Shown here: one piece after another, positions 30,420-45,203 of the stretch
How the letters are laid out: each line of letters starts with the position of its first letter
Position numbering within the stretch: position 1 is the first letter of the stretch
Assembly: GCA_050613775.1 (NCBI GenBank)
Contig: JBODTK010000013.1
Location: 992,001-1,056,000, forward strand
Source of the DNA: Neocallimastix sp. 'constans'
Taxonomy: Eukaryota
Length of the DNA: 64,000 bases
Direction: 5' to 3'
The notes under the pieces: generated by a model
What the model saw: only the letters and a program-made list of their open reading frames with translations
Told to the model about the DNA's origin: nothing
The model's database searches: none
Program-made: the position numbers and the translations under genes

Positions 30420-30965
30420 AAAGATTAAATATTTACTTTATATACTTTCTATTATTCAATTAATTGTGAAGTACCAATGATATTATTATACATAAAAAAA
30501 ATAATAATAATAAATAATAAATAATAAATAATAAATAATAAATAATAAATAATAAATAATAAATAATAAATAGTAGTATAAATAATTAATAAATGGTAAT
30601 TAGATAAATAATAGATAATAAATAATAAAATAATGAATAATCAATAGTTAAATAATAAATAATTTATAATTAAATAAATAATAATTAATAATTAGTATAA
30701 AATATAATTAAAATAAAATAAAATATAAAAATGATTAAATATTTACTTTATATACTTTTTATTATTCAATTAATTGTGAAGTACCAATGATAATATTCTA
30801 CATCAGAAAAAAATAATAAATAATAAATAATAAATAATAGATAATAAATAATAAATAATAAATTACAAATTATAAATAATAAATAATAGTATAAATAATT
30901 AATAAATGGTAATTAGAAAGATAATAGATAATAAATAATAAATAAATAATAAATAATAATTTATA
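30420..30965. repeat. ~310-bp tandem duplication
   Basis: GATTAAATATTTACTTTATATAC...TTGTGAAGTACCAATGAT at ~30423 and ~30733; AAATGGTAATTAGA is also in both copies. Confidence 0.85.
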
Positions 30966-31694
30966 GTTAGTATATAAAAAATATTAAATAATAAATATGT
31001 AATAAATAAAAAATAAATAATAATTAGTGTATAATAAATAATAAATAATTAAATAAATAAATAATGAAGATAATTAAATTTCTTTTTAATATAATATTTA
31101 TTATAAAATAAAATTAATAATATAAACGTTTATATTGTAATTAATTACTATTAATAAATTATATATTATATAATATAAAATATTATTTAATTAGGAACAA
31201 CGGAATTAAAAATCATTTTTAATTATAAAATTTCATCTATCTATAAAAGGTTAATATCAATTTATTTTATAACAAATAATATTTTAGATATATATTATAA
31301 TATATTATATATATATTTATATATATTTATATATATATGTATTTATTTATTAATTATATTTATTTTAAATAATATAATAGTCATAAAACCTATTGAAAAA
31401 AAAAACAATAATTGAATAACAGTTGAATGATAACATTAATAATATCAATAATTATAATAATAATATCAATGATAATATCAATGATTATTATAAATAATAA
31501 TAATAATAATAATAATAAATACACTCCATGGAAGATTTAAATGAATAATTCATTATGAATTAAAATAAAATAAAATATAAAACAAAATAGACATTTACTT
31601 AAACCAGTAGTGTTATTTTTATTGTAAGTCAATAAAAAATAGGAAAGACAATAAAAACAATATATGTATACGGAATTAGAAAATTAAAAAAAAA

Positions 31695-31892
31695 GATCAT
31701 CAATGCGGATTCAAGCATGTATAATGCCGATGCTAATGGTCTCATGTATATGTATATATTACCATTGCATATTAATTGCGAGTCTCTTCACTACTTGATA
31801 TGCATACATTACTGTGAGTTCATAGTACTCGTGAGATAAGTGGTTTGAATTTGATATGTGTTTTACACTAGTTTTGATAATCGAGTTCTATA
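31695..31892 (+). ncRNA. Candidate structured non-coding RNA or cis-element
   Basis: Isolated GC-enriched, non-repetitive island with no long ORF and several complementary segments (see findings). Family not recognised. Confidence 0.3.
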
Positions 31893-34499
31893 ATAAAATA
31901 AAAAAAAAACTTTTTATTATAATATTAAAATTTTTTTTAATAGTTATTATTCCCTCCTTCCTTCCTACCTTTTTTAGTAATAATAACAATAATAAAAGAA
32001 TAATTATAAAGTAAAATTAAAGAGAAATAGAAATAAAAATATAAAAATTAAAAAAAAAAAGTATACAGAAAAAAAGTATAATAATAATGATAATGATAAC
32101 ATATAAATAAATAGTAAAAAATAAAATAATATCGATTATGGTAATATTAATATATTTATTTTTTATTATAAAAAATTAAAAAATAGAAATAGAAATAAAT
32201 AATAAAAATAATTTATTCTTATTTTTATTATTATTAATTTAAATTGAAGATAAATAAAAAGAGAGAAAGAAATCTTTTTTTTTTTTTTTATTATATTTCA
32301 TTATATATTATTCAATTAATTCAATTGAATTCAATATATTAATTTTATTAAATACAAATGGGAATTTAACTAAAAAAATAAATAAAAAAAAATAAAAAAT
32401 AAAAAATTAAAAATTAAAAAAATTAAAAATTAAAAAGATGAGAAAAAAAAATTTATTTTCCTAAAAGTTACACGAAATGGTTATGCTACGTTTTATTACC
32501 AAATAAGGTGAGGAAACATCAACTTTTTTTTATAGTTTTTTTTTTTTTTTTTAATTTTTTTAATTTTTTTTTTATATCAATCTAAAAATATAAAAATGAA
32601 ATTTGAAAAAGAAAATAAAAATTTAAAAAAATAAATTTTAAAATTTAAGAAAAAAAAAATATAAAAAATCAATGAAATTAACATATCATCAATTTATATA
32701 ACAGAATAATAATTATAGAAATAATAATTATGTTCTATTATATTATATTATATTTATTATTTTTATTTTATATTATTGTATTTATACTTTTTATTTTATT
32801 ATTTTATTTATACTTATTTTATTTTATATTATTTTATTTATATATATATTTTTATTTTTATTTTTATTTTTATTTTTATTTTTTTATTAAAATTATTCAT
32901 TTATTTTTTATTTTTTATTCATCTACTTATTTTTATTAATTTATTTTTTATTATTAAAAAAATTTAATTAACATTATAGTGAGACTATCATACTATATAT
33001 GGTAATTTTTTTTAATTAAAATGGAATATTATTTAAAATGAAAAAAAAAAATCTTTTATTGTTTATTTTTTTTTTAATCTCAAATTCATTAAATAGAATA
33101 AAAATTTGAATATAAAATTATATATATAAAATTATATATAAATATATATATATATATTTATTAAAAGAATAAATAAATTTAATTAAAAATAAAAATAAAA
33201 AAAAAAAAATAATAACAATAATAGAAAGTTTGAATGTACCGTTTATTTTTTATTTATTTTTTCTTTTCTTTATTAGTCATTTTCAACATTCATATTCCAA
33301 ATTCGTATTCATTAATTCTAATTTATTATAATTATTTTAATATATTTATTATAATTATTTATAATAGATTAGAATAATGGTAAAAATAAATAAAAATGTA
33401 TAGTTCTATTTATTATTATTATATTATTTGAAAGTTTTATATCGGTACGAATAAAGAAAAAACAATTTTTTATAATTTATACATATATATATTTTTGCTC
33501 TCTTTATTCTATAAAGTATTATTAAAAGTGTATAAATTTCATTTTATGCATTTTATATTAATTTTATATTAATAATCTATTCACAAATTCATATATATAT
33601 TATTTTATTTTTATTTTTATTTTAATATTAATTTTTTTTTCTTTTTTAAAGAGAAATGATAAAATATGTTAATCTATAGTTAGTTACGGTCTATTCAATA
33701 TGGGTAAAAATAAATAAACTTCTATTTCTATATTTTTATTATTAATTTTAAAATATAATTTTTTTAATAGTTTTTAACATTTTTTTTTGATAAATTAAAA
33801 AAAAAAAAAAAAAAAAAAACGAAAAAGGGTAATTTATTAACAATATATAAATATGTATAAAAATAAATAAAAATAAATAATTATATAAATATAAATATAA
33901 TTATAATTATATATTTATTTATATTTATTTAAATTATCCAAAAGTGATAAAAAAGTGGATATGAGATTAGTAATTTATTTTATTTTTTTTTTTTTACCAT
34001 TAAACTCCTTTTTTTATTATATTTATTTTTATTTTTTTTTTTATTTTTTCATTTCATTGTATTCAGATGGATGGATGGATAAAAAATAAAAAAAAAAAAA
34101 CAATGGAAAAAAAAATTAAATATTGTAAAAATAAAAATAAAAATAAAAAAAAACAATGGAAAAAAAAATTTTATATTTTTATTAAAATTTTAAAGTTTAA
34201 TTTTTTGGTTAAAAAAAAAAATAAAAATTTTTTAGATAAAAATAAAAAGTATAAATTAAATAAAATTAAAATAAAATAAAGTTAAAATATAAGTAAAAGT
34301 AAAAATATATACATTATAATACAATATATATTATTTAAATTTAAATCTATTTCTAATATATTATGTCAATATATACATTATATATATTTTATTCATTTAT
34401 TTTTAATATAAAAATTTAAAGTGGATTATCTTTTCTTTTTTAAACCATAATATTTAATTTTTTAAATTTTTTATTCTCATTTCTTTCTAATATATATTA

Positions 34500-34675
34500 T
34501 ATATTTATTATATTTACTATATATTTATATTTACTATATATTTATATTTACTATATATTTATATTTACTATATATTTATATTTACTATATATTTATATTT
34601 ACTATATATTTATATTTACTATATATTTATATTTACTATATATTTATATTTATTATATATTTATATTTATTATAT
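34500..34675. repeat. 17-bp minisatellite (ATATTTACTATATATTT)n
   Basis: Roughly 9-10 consecutive copies, the outer ones degenerate. Confidence 0.9.
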
Positions 34676-37600
34676 AATTAATTAAATAGTTAACTAATTA
34701 TATTTAAACAACATGCATTTTTTATTTTAATTCATGGATAATTTATTATTTTTATTTTTATTTTTATTTTATTTATATTTATTTATTATATTTTATATTT
34801 TATATTTGTTTCATTAATTAGTATATATTTATTATATACTTATTTATATTTTATATTTATTTCATTAATTATTATATAATTATATAAATATTTTATATTT
34901 TATATTTATTTCTATTTTTGCGGTATAATTATTTTATAATTTTTAATTTTTTTTCATGGATTTTAATTTTCTATTTTTTTTTATTTTTTTTTATTTTTAA
35001 ATTAAATAATGAAAATAAATAAATAAATAAATGAAAATAAATGAAAATAAATATAAATAAATAAATAAATATTACTATAAATTTTAATAAAAATAAAAAA
35101 AAAGTTAATTTTAACGGTCCATTTTTAAAAAATTCTATATTTAAAAAATAAATAATAAAAGCAAAATATAATTATTATTATTATAATTATTATTATTAAT
35201 GTGATGCCGCATTTTTAATATTTATTTAATAATTTATTTATTTTTATCTATTTCTAATAAATAAATTTAACAACAATTTACATACATTTTACAAACATTT
35301 TATAAATATTTAAACAATTTTTTTATAAAGATTTTATGAACATTTTATAAACATTAATGAACGTTTTATAAATATTTTATAAACATTTTATAAATATTTT
35401 ATTAACTATCTATATTGTTACAATATTTTATATTGTATATAATTTATATATAAAAATAAAAAAAAAAAATTTATTTATGATTATTATTTTTTAATATTTA
35501 CTAATATTTTTAATAAAAATTGTCAATTTTTTACTTTTCTATAAAATTATTTCATTAATTATTTTGTTCATATTCATATTTATTTATATATAATTTTAAT
35601 TTTTTATTATTATTAATTTTTAAGATTAATATCTTAGTCATAATCTATTCCAGAATTTTTATTTTTTCCATATTTTTTATCTATTTTATTACTCTTTTTA
35701 ATTTATTTTATTTAAATATATTATATAATTCCGTTATAGAATTCTATTAATTTATATTGGAATATATTACATTTTGTACTATTTAATGTATAGCTAATTT
35801 ATTTTTAATATAAAATGATATAAAAGTTCAAAAAAAAAAAAACAAAATAAAAATTTAGATTTTTTTCCACATTTAATTTCAATTAATTTCAATATAAATA
35901 TATTAAAATTTTATTTTTATATATTATTATAAACTTATATATATAGGGCATATTCAAATATAAATAAAATTATACAGTAAATAAAAATATTTATTTTAGT
36001 AAATGTAAATAAAAGTCAATACTTTATATATGATTAATATAAAGAAAGTTAAATAATGTTTCTATATTTATTAATATTATAATATATTAATATAATATGT
36101 AAAAATTTAAAATTGATTTATTTGAATTAATTCTAATAAATATAAATTATATAAATTAAAATTTGGGAATTATAAACGTTACATATAGAAATAAGAAAAC
36201 AAATTTAAATATACATAAATATAAATAAATATAAATATTTATATAGTTTTTAAATTTAAATAAATATAAATAAATATAAATATTTATATAGTTTTTAAAT
36301 TTAAATAAATATAAATAAAATAAATATTTATATAGTTTTTAAATATAAATAATTTTTAAATATAAAATAAAAAAACTCTTTTTTTATTCTACATTTTAAT
36401 TTGAAAATGCTTTTTTCACTCTTTCTATTTACTTATTTATAATTATTATTCTATTTAATTATTTTTTAAAGTTGATTTGAAAATAAAATCAATTGAAAAA
36501 AATGTTCCAGAAACAAACAAACAACAAAAATAAAACTATCTGGAATTTTTTTTTTTTAATCAAACCAAATATATAATAAAAAATTATTAAAAAATTCTAG
36601 AATAAAAATTTTTTTTTTATAAAGCATTGAAAAATAGTTTTAATATATAAAATAGTTCTTCTAATGGAAAATATGGAAAAAAAATACCCCCTTTTTTTTA
36701 TATATTTTTTTATAATAATTTATAGAAATAATTATATATATTTATATATTAACTTTATTTTTTTATACATTATAATTAAGATTCAGTTCTATTTATTTAT
36801 TGATTAATTTAATATGATAATTTTGTTAGTATTTGGGGTTTTTAATATTAATGGGATAGAAATTAAAATTAAAACTAAAATTAAAATAAAAAAAAAAAAA
36901 GGATCCTTTTTTTTTTTTTTTTTTTTTATTTTTTTCTTCCTTTATTTTAAAGCTTATCTCTATTTATCTTTAAATATATATATATATATTTACTTATTTA
37001 ATGTTAATATTAAATTTCGGAATAAAAACAAAAAATAAAAGGAAAAAAAAAATTAATAATTTTTTGTCTTATACTTCATTCATATATACTTTTTTTTTTT
37101 TTTTAAGAAAAAAAAAAAAAGCTTAATAATAATAATAATTTTAAATTCAAAAATTTTAATTTTTTTGAGGGGTTAAAAACTGGGACATTTTATTGTAATA
37201 TTAAAATGATAATTTGAAAATGAATGTAGAAAATTTAGTAATAAATGATTTTACTGAATTAATTCTTCTTTTATTTGTATATATGGATTTATTTTATTTC
37301 TTTAAAAAAATAACACTTTTTTCTTTTATATATTTATTTTTATATATTTTTATATATATTTTTAATTTTAATATAAGATTGAAAAAAAAAAAAATTCCGT
37401 TGTTTCTATAAGGCTAGTAAAAAAAATAAATAAAAAAAAATAAATAAAAAAAAGGAGTGGAATTGAAAATTAATGAATGTATAATGAATAATAATGATGA
37501 ATAATAATTATAAAAAAAATAGTTATATTTTTGATATATTTAGTGATACTGTAGCAATATTAAAAAAATAATTAATAATATTCAAGATAAAATATCGTAG

Positions 37601-37913
37601 CAATAATGAATTTTTATTTAATAAATAATATTAATAATATATTAATTAAATAAATTTATAATTTTCATTAATAAAGAGTAATAATAATAATAATAATTTA
37701 ATAATAATGATAGTAATTTAATAATAACGGTTGTAATTTAATAATTATAATTGTTAATTAATAATGATAATAATAATAATAATTATTGATTATTAAAATA
37801 ATAAAATAATATTTGTTGTTATCTTCCCACCTCATCATCATGCATAGAAAAAAATATAAATTTGATAAAAACAATATATTTACATAAATTTATTGATGTA
37901 CAGATAATTTACT

Positions 37914-37996
<83 letters not shown>

Positions 37997-38280
37997 TTAA
38001 TAATATCAATTAAAAAAAATATGTTAACCATGTAAGCCATATACGATTAATTTAATTTAAATAAATAAATAAATAATTTAGTTTTGATATGACATAACAA
38101 TTAATATAAAAATAATATAAAATAAAAAATAAAAAAAGGTCATGTCATGACTGTTTTTTATTTATTAATTTATTAATTTGGTTTATTCTTTTTATTTATC
38201 ATTAAAATATTAATTATTATTATTGTAGCCAAAATTAATATAATAAAAATTTTTTTTTTGTTATCATAATTTTTTGTTAT

Positions 38281-38327
<47 letters not shown>

Positions 38328-39055
38328 CTCATAAATATTGGGAATAATTAATATAAAATAAAAAAAAAATAGAAACAAATAAAGTATTAAAGTCATGAGA
38401 GTTTTTTTTTTATACATTTTATAATTTGATATAGAATTATTATTATTATCATTATTTTATTTTATTTTTTTTTTTAATTGCTTCATAATATCTCCATATA
38501 CATTATATAGACACATATGTACATATAGATAGGAAAATAGATATATATAAAATTTTGTTTTATTTTATTACATTTTATTTTTTTAATTAGGGTTCTAATT
38601 AAATTAAAGGTATCATTCGTTATTAAAAATGAAAATAAAAATTCAAAAATCATTAAAATAATAATGTATAATAAAAATAACGAAAAAAATGTTCTCGTTT
38701 GTTTTTTCCTTAATAATATTCATTATTTATTCATTATCAATAATTAAATAGGATTTTAAGTATTTAATTATTTCATTAATAGTTTATTTTAAATATTTAA
38801 TAAAATAGGTTATTCAATAGGATTAAAAAAAAAAAGTATATATCCTATTTATTATTTAGTATTATTTAATAGTATTTAATATCATATATTTATTATATAT
38901 AAATATTTTGTTTTATTATTAATAATATTAATTTAAATAAATAAAAGATTTCAATAGTATAAAGTCTTTAATTACTTATATCATATATAGAGATTAATGG
39001 CTATATTTTTTTTTTTTTTAAATAAATATTTAATCATTATTTAATATTTAATCAT

Positions 39056-39096
<41 letters not shown>

Positions 39097-42000
39097 TATA
39101 ATAATAATAATAATAATATTAATAATAATAATAATAATAATAATAATTAATTTACCACATTTAGTAATACTGTGATTAAATATTAATATAAAAAAATAAA
39201 TATAAATATAAAAATAAATATGTAAATATAATTAAATATAAATATAATTTAAATATAATTAAATATAAATAGAATAAATGGAATATAAAAAATAATAAAA
39301 TAATGATTAGAAATTTTTTATATTTAATTAATATAAAATTATTAAAGTTGTGTTATTTCATTATTTTATTAAGAAAATAAGGTTAGCTTTTTTATTTTTA
39401 TTTTGATATAATGGAATTTTATTTCATTTTTATCATAATGGATTTCATTTCATTTTTTTTTTTTTTTTTTAATATTTTAAAAAAAATAATATAAAAAAAA
39501 GCCCTATGTTATTTTTTGTTTTTTTTTTAATAAGTTAAAATTTCATTTTATAATTCTATTAAATAAAAAATATAAAAATTTAATTAATACTACGGCAGCT
39601 AATTTATTTTTAATATTAATTAATTAATTTTTATTACTCTTTCTATGTTTAGTTAAAATTTAATTTAAAAAAACTTTTTACTTTAATTTCCATCATTCTA
39701 TTATTAAATAAAGTTTACTTTTTTATAGTTTTCTATTTTATTAAAGTTTATATATTATCCTATTTAAATAAATATTTATTAAACATTATTAATTATATAT
39801 TGATTCTATATTACTAGACTCTATTGTTTTTATATTAAATATTTTAATCATTTTATTTTTTTTAATTTTTAATTTATTAATATACTGTTAAATATAATTA
39901 ATTATATATTATAAATATAATTTTATATATTTATTTTTTAATATGTTAAATAGATTAAATAAATTAAAATTTTTAATCTAATAAATAAGAATCAATAACA
40001 AAAAAATTCATAAATATTATTATTATTATTATAGAGTCATCTAATATTACTCTATGAAACCTTGGTCTAATAACATATTATAATATACGGCATAATTAAT
40101 ATATATATTGGTTTATATATATTAAAAATATAATTGGTTATATTTAAACTATATATTCCTATATTAAAGAAGGAAAAAGAGCAAATAAGAGTATTTTAAT
40201 TTTATTATTATTATTATTATATATTTAAAAATAAAATACTAAAAGAAAATTATTAATTATAAATTATATTATTATATATTTAAAAATAAAATACTAAAAG
40301 AAAATTATTAATTATAAATTATTTAATATTTTTTATTAAGTATTATAATGAATATTAATACTTATTCATAATTAATAATAATAATAAAATGAGATAAAAA
40401 AATAACAAGAATGGGTTAAATCATTATTTTTAATATAGGAATTATTGGAATAAAATTTTATTATATTATTTCAAAAAATAAAAAAAAAAAAAACGTTTAA
40501 ACAAACCTTAATATAAATTCAATAAATTACTAATTAATTTAGTAATATAAAGAAATGAATAAAATAACCTTAGATTTAATACAAATTAATATATTTATCT
40601 ATTTATTATATTAATGATGTTCCAATTTTTAATTTTTTTTTTACTTATTCTTTCTTATTATATTATTAATATATTATTATTATATTAAATTAATTACAAT
40701 ACTTATAATGTATTTATTTGAAATTATTCTTAATAATCAATCAATCAATAAACTATCTTGGTATGTTACTATTTAACTATATAGATATAATAATATATTA
40801 GTGCATAAATAAATAAATAATAAATTATATATGTTAATGTAGTTATATTATTTATATTATTTATATATTTATATAGCTATATATTTTTTTATATACTTTT
40901 TTATTATTAAAATTTATTAAATTTAACTTTTTGTAATATTTTTAATTTAATTAATTGTTGATAAAAAGATATAAAGTAAAAAAAAAAGTATAAAAAGAAG
41001 AAATTATCATCAAAGTAGTGACACTTTTTTTTTTTTTATTATTTAATTATATAGATACTTTTTAACAAAACAGAAAATAAAATTTTATTGATTACGATAA
41101 TATATATTTTTTTTTAAAACAAAAAAAATATATTTATAATTTTATTATTTAAAAAATTTATTATTTTTTTTTTTTTTTTTTTTTTTTTTTATTATTATTA
41201 TTATTGAAAGTTTATAAACTAAAAAAAAAAAAAAAAAAAAAAAAAACATAATAATAAAAAAAAATAATATTTTTTTTATCTTTTATTTTATTTTATTTTA
41301 TTTTTATTTCCTTTTTTATTATAAATATATATATAATAAAGTTAAAATAAATAATACTTTTTTTTTTTTGGCAAAAAGAAAAAAAAAAGTAAAAAGATAA
41401 AAGAAAAATAAATATAACCATTATATTTAAGATTATATAAAATAGTTTGTTAAAAAAAATTGATTTTTTTTTATTCAACATTCAAATTTAATATATTTAA
41501 ATTGATTTTAAATATATATATGTTTTTTAAAAAAAACATTTAAAAAGTTTATTACAAATAATAGTAAAAAAAAAGTATAATCTAATTTAAATTAATTTAT
41601 TTATAAATTATTAATAATAATAAAAGTACAAAAATTATATGAATACAACCATATAAAGTATTAGCATTGTAATTCAGAAAAAAAGTTTAATTTAAAATCA
41701 AAATACTTTAGTAATTAAAAGAGGACTCATTTATATAATTTAAATTAATTTATTTATGATATTTTAAAAAAAGTAGTATTTTTTTTTTTTTTTTTTCAAA
41801 TTTTTTTTTTTTTATTGCCATTTGTAAAATAGTTAAAAGAATAAAAAAAAAAAAAATTGAAAAGAAAAAAAAAAATATTGAACAAGAAAAGAATAAGGAA
41901 AGAAATAATTCGGAAAGGAAAATATCTATTTTAACTCTTTTTTTTTTTTAATATTAATATATTGAAATAACAACTATATATATAAACTCCATTCAAAGAT

Positions 42001-42108
42001 ATATTTTTATATAAAATATATATTATTATTTTATAATTTCTCTCCTCTAATTCAACCTATATTAAATCAGTACACATAAATAAATAAATATATATAATAT
42101 AAAACAAA

Positions 42109-43683
42109 ATGTCAGAAGAAATTGCTCCAACAGAAAGAAGACGTTCTTTAACGTTTGCTGATAAATTTGAAGTTAAATTTTTCTTTAAAGCAGAAGCTCC
42201 AAGAGAGGTTGCCTTTTGTGAAACTAGCTACACTACTGGTAGTGATTGCTATTATGATGATGATGATGACTATTGGGATCCTGAAGATTCTTATGATGGT
42301 GAAGAAGAAGAATATTATGATGAAGGTGAGGAAGATGGTCGTCAATACTATGAGGATGGTTACTATGATTATGAAGGTCAAGATCAAGGTTATTATCAAC
42401 AACAAAGTTACCTTACTTATGAAGATGATGATTATTATCATTATGATGATATGGATTACTATGGTGATGGTGCCAATCTTTCTCTCTATTTTACCCCTTC
42501 TGAAGATAATTATGAAAATGCTGAAGAAATTAGAGGTCGCCGTGGTAGAGATTTATTGTTTGCTGCTTTCAGGAATGATAGTAATGAAGAAGAACTTACT
42601 CAAAATGCTAATGAGCGTTCCAATACTAGAAGATTAGCTTTAGCTAAATTAGAGAAGGGTCTCTTCCGTCGTCAACAACAACGTGATGCTGAATCCATCA
42701 GTGAGACAGAAGAATCAGACACCTCTAATTCTAATTCTGAATCCGATCCATTCGATGAACCTTTACCTTCTACTAGTGATTTCCTTAATGAACTTCAACG
42801 TTCTAATTCCCCTGTCACTATAAAGGCCACGTTCACTCCAGGAGATGCTCATCCTCTTACTCCAATATCTATTTCAAATCATAATGTAGTGAAGGTCTTA
42901 AATAATGATTTCCAAATTAGTAATCATAGTATCGATCAATGGAAGAAAAATGGTTTTTCTTTAAATGATCTAACCATAGCCTCTTCTTCCTCTTTCGATA
43001 AATTTAAACCTTCTTCTCCTAGTCTTTTGGATGGTGGTGTGGATAATCCTTTCTCTTATTTAGATGATACTCTTCTCTCCTGTACTCCATTAACTATTAT
43101 TAATAAAGCACCATTAAAAGTTAGCTCTACTACTACTACTACTATAAGAGCCAACTCTCCTTTGAGAGTCAGTTCTCCTATCAGAGTCAGTTCCCCAATA
43201 CGAGTAAATTCTCCATTAAGAGTAAATTCCCCATTAAGAGTAAATTCCTCCGTAAGAGCTAACTCTCCTTTAAGAATAAATTCCCCATTGAGAGCCAATT
43301 CCCCATTAAGAGTTAGTTCCCCCTTAAGAGTTAACCTAACGACACCTACAAAAGATCATGTGAAAGAACTGTTGAAAACTTCAATTACAAATTCTACCAT
43401 AGGCAGTACTTCAACCGTCAAAGTCACTGCAAATAAATCATTTGTTCCATCCATTAATACAAATGATTTAGTGAAAACTATAACGAATAATAATCTTTTA
43501 TCCCCTACCACTTCAACGAAGGATTCCCCACTTTCTAATATATCATCAACTCCTTCTATTAATCATATTTTAAGTAATATACATAATAATACAAATAGTA
43601 AAGGTGTCAGTAATAAAGGAATAAAGAAGAGATCAAGGTCTTATTCATCTCCTTCTTCACTACAACTTTTATCATGTTATTAG
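42109..43683 (+). CDS. Intronless, largely disordered protein (524 aa) with N-terminal PP1-docking-like motif, acidic Tyr-rich block and a 6-aa SPxR repeat array
   Basis: 1575-nt ORF with coding-like GC and an AAAATG start context. Motifs: RRRSLTFADKFEVKFFFKAEAP, a D/E/Y-rich segment, and (R-V/A-N/S-S-P-L/I) x10. Confidence 0.85.
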   Translation: MSEEIAPTERRRSLTFADKFEVKFFFKAEAPREVAFCETSYTTGSDCYYDDDDDYWDPEDSYDGEEEEYYDEGEEDGRQYYEDGYYDYEGQDQGYYQQQSYLTYEDDDYYHYDDMDYYGDGANLSLYFTPSEDNYENAEEIRGRRGRDLLFAAFRNDSNEEELTQNANERSNTRRLALAKLEKGLFRRQQQRDAESISETEESDTSNSNSESDPFDEPLPSTSDFLNELQRSNSPVTIKATFTPGDAHPLTPISISNHNVVKVLNNDFQISNHSIDQWKKNGFSLNDLTIASSSSFDKFKPSSPSLLDGGVDNPFSYLDDTLLSCTPLTIINKAPLKVSSTTTTTIRANSPLRVSSPIRVSSPIRVNSPLRVNSPLRVNSSVRANSPLRINSPLRANSPLRVSSPLRVNLTTPTKDHVKELLKTSITNSTIGSTSTVKVTANKSFVPSINTNDLVKTITNNNLLSPTTSTKDSPLSNISSTPSINHILSNIHNNTNSKGVSNKGIKKRSRSYSSPSSLQLLSCY

Positions 43684-45148
43684 CATACCAGAGGAAAAAA
43701 ATATTATTATTTAAAAGAAATAATAATAACAGTAACACATTGTTTTAATTCACAAAAAGAAAAGATAAGAAAACAAAACAAAACAAAACGAAAGTCATTA
43801 AATTCCTAAATACCTTTTAAAATAAAAGTAAATTAACAATGATCCAAAAATTTCCTATACCTTTAAACAAAAAGAAACAAATTTTTTAAATGACAATAAA
43901 TTAACTTTTATATATATATATTTATTTTATTTTATTTTTTTTTTTTTTAAATTTTATCTTATAGAATTTGAAAAATGATAAATAGAAGAAAAAAAAAATT
44001 TGCCTTTTTATATATATATATTTTTTTTTTAAAAAATTTTTAAAAGTTTTAATTGTAAAATATTCTTTTATAATTTTCCTTTTCCTTTTTTATTTTAATT
44101 TTATTATTTTTATATTTTATTTTATTTTTTTTTTTTTTTAATTCATTTTATGTATATATAATAAAAAAGGAAAAAATTATTTTTATAAATTCATAAAGTG
44201 AAAAAAAAAAAAAAAATTATTTTTATTTAGTAAAATGGACAATATAATCAAATCAATACGTAGTTCAGTTTTAATTCGGTTTATAATTCAATTAAATTTC
44301 AAGGAAAAATAAAAACAAAAATGAATAATCAATTAGAAAATTAAAGAAAAAATTAAAAAAAAAAGGGTTTGATACTCTTTTTCATAATAATAATAATTAT
44401 AATTATATTTTTATTTTAAACAATTTTTTTTATAAATAAATAAAGTCAACTAATAATGTATTTAAGTATAAAATTTAAATAAAATTCTTAATGTACATAG
44501 TAATCAACAAACTCTAAATGGTAAATAGAAATAAAGAAAGAAAAGAAATTAATTATAATCAATACATTTTTTTTCTTTTTTTTTTTTTTAATTTTTATTT
44601 TAATCAAGCATTAAAAACAAAAAGTTTTTTTTCTTCTATTAATACATATTGTAAATAATTCTATCATACAATTAGACATTTATTATTATTATAAAAAATA
44701 ATAATAATCATCACCAAAAACTAAAACCAAAGCCAATTTTAATAGGAGTAAAGAAAGAATAATATACATACATTTTTTTAAACACTATCTAATAAGTAGT
44801 TAAAAAAAAACAAAAGTTCTTGATGAATTGAAATTAATCAAACGTCAAAATTCTGGAAATTTTGGGAGAATAAAAATACAAAAAAAAAAAAAAAAAAAGA
44901 CAAAATTTTCTTATATTTATAATAAAATATTAATATACAAAAACATCTATAGAAAAAAAAATTTAATATATTATAATTTTTATTTAAATAAAAAAATAAT
45001 AAAAAAAAATTAATAAATAAAAATAAAAAATATATTTATATATTTTTTATCTTTAAAAAAAAAAAAGGAAAAAAAAAAGAATTAGTTTTATCTTTGAAAG
45101 AAAAGCTAAAGAATAACAATTAAATTTGAGAAAATATATGTTTTTATT

Positions 45149-45203
<55 letters not shown>

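Noticed and set aside
32730..41481. Short F/I/L/Y/K-rich ORFs (32730, 32776, 34067, 36814, 37214, 41293; similar ones at 1427, 10874, 11203, 14769, 22349, 45442, 47056, 48172, 63132)
   Set aside because: Chance ORFs in AT-rich low-complexity DNA with no GC elevation or motifs.
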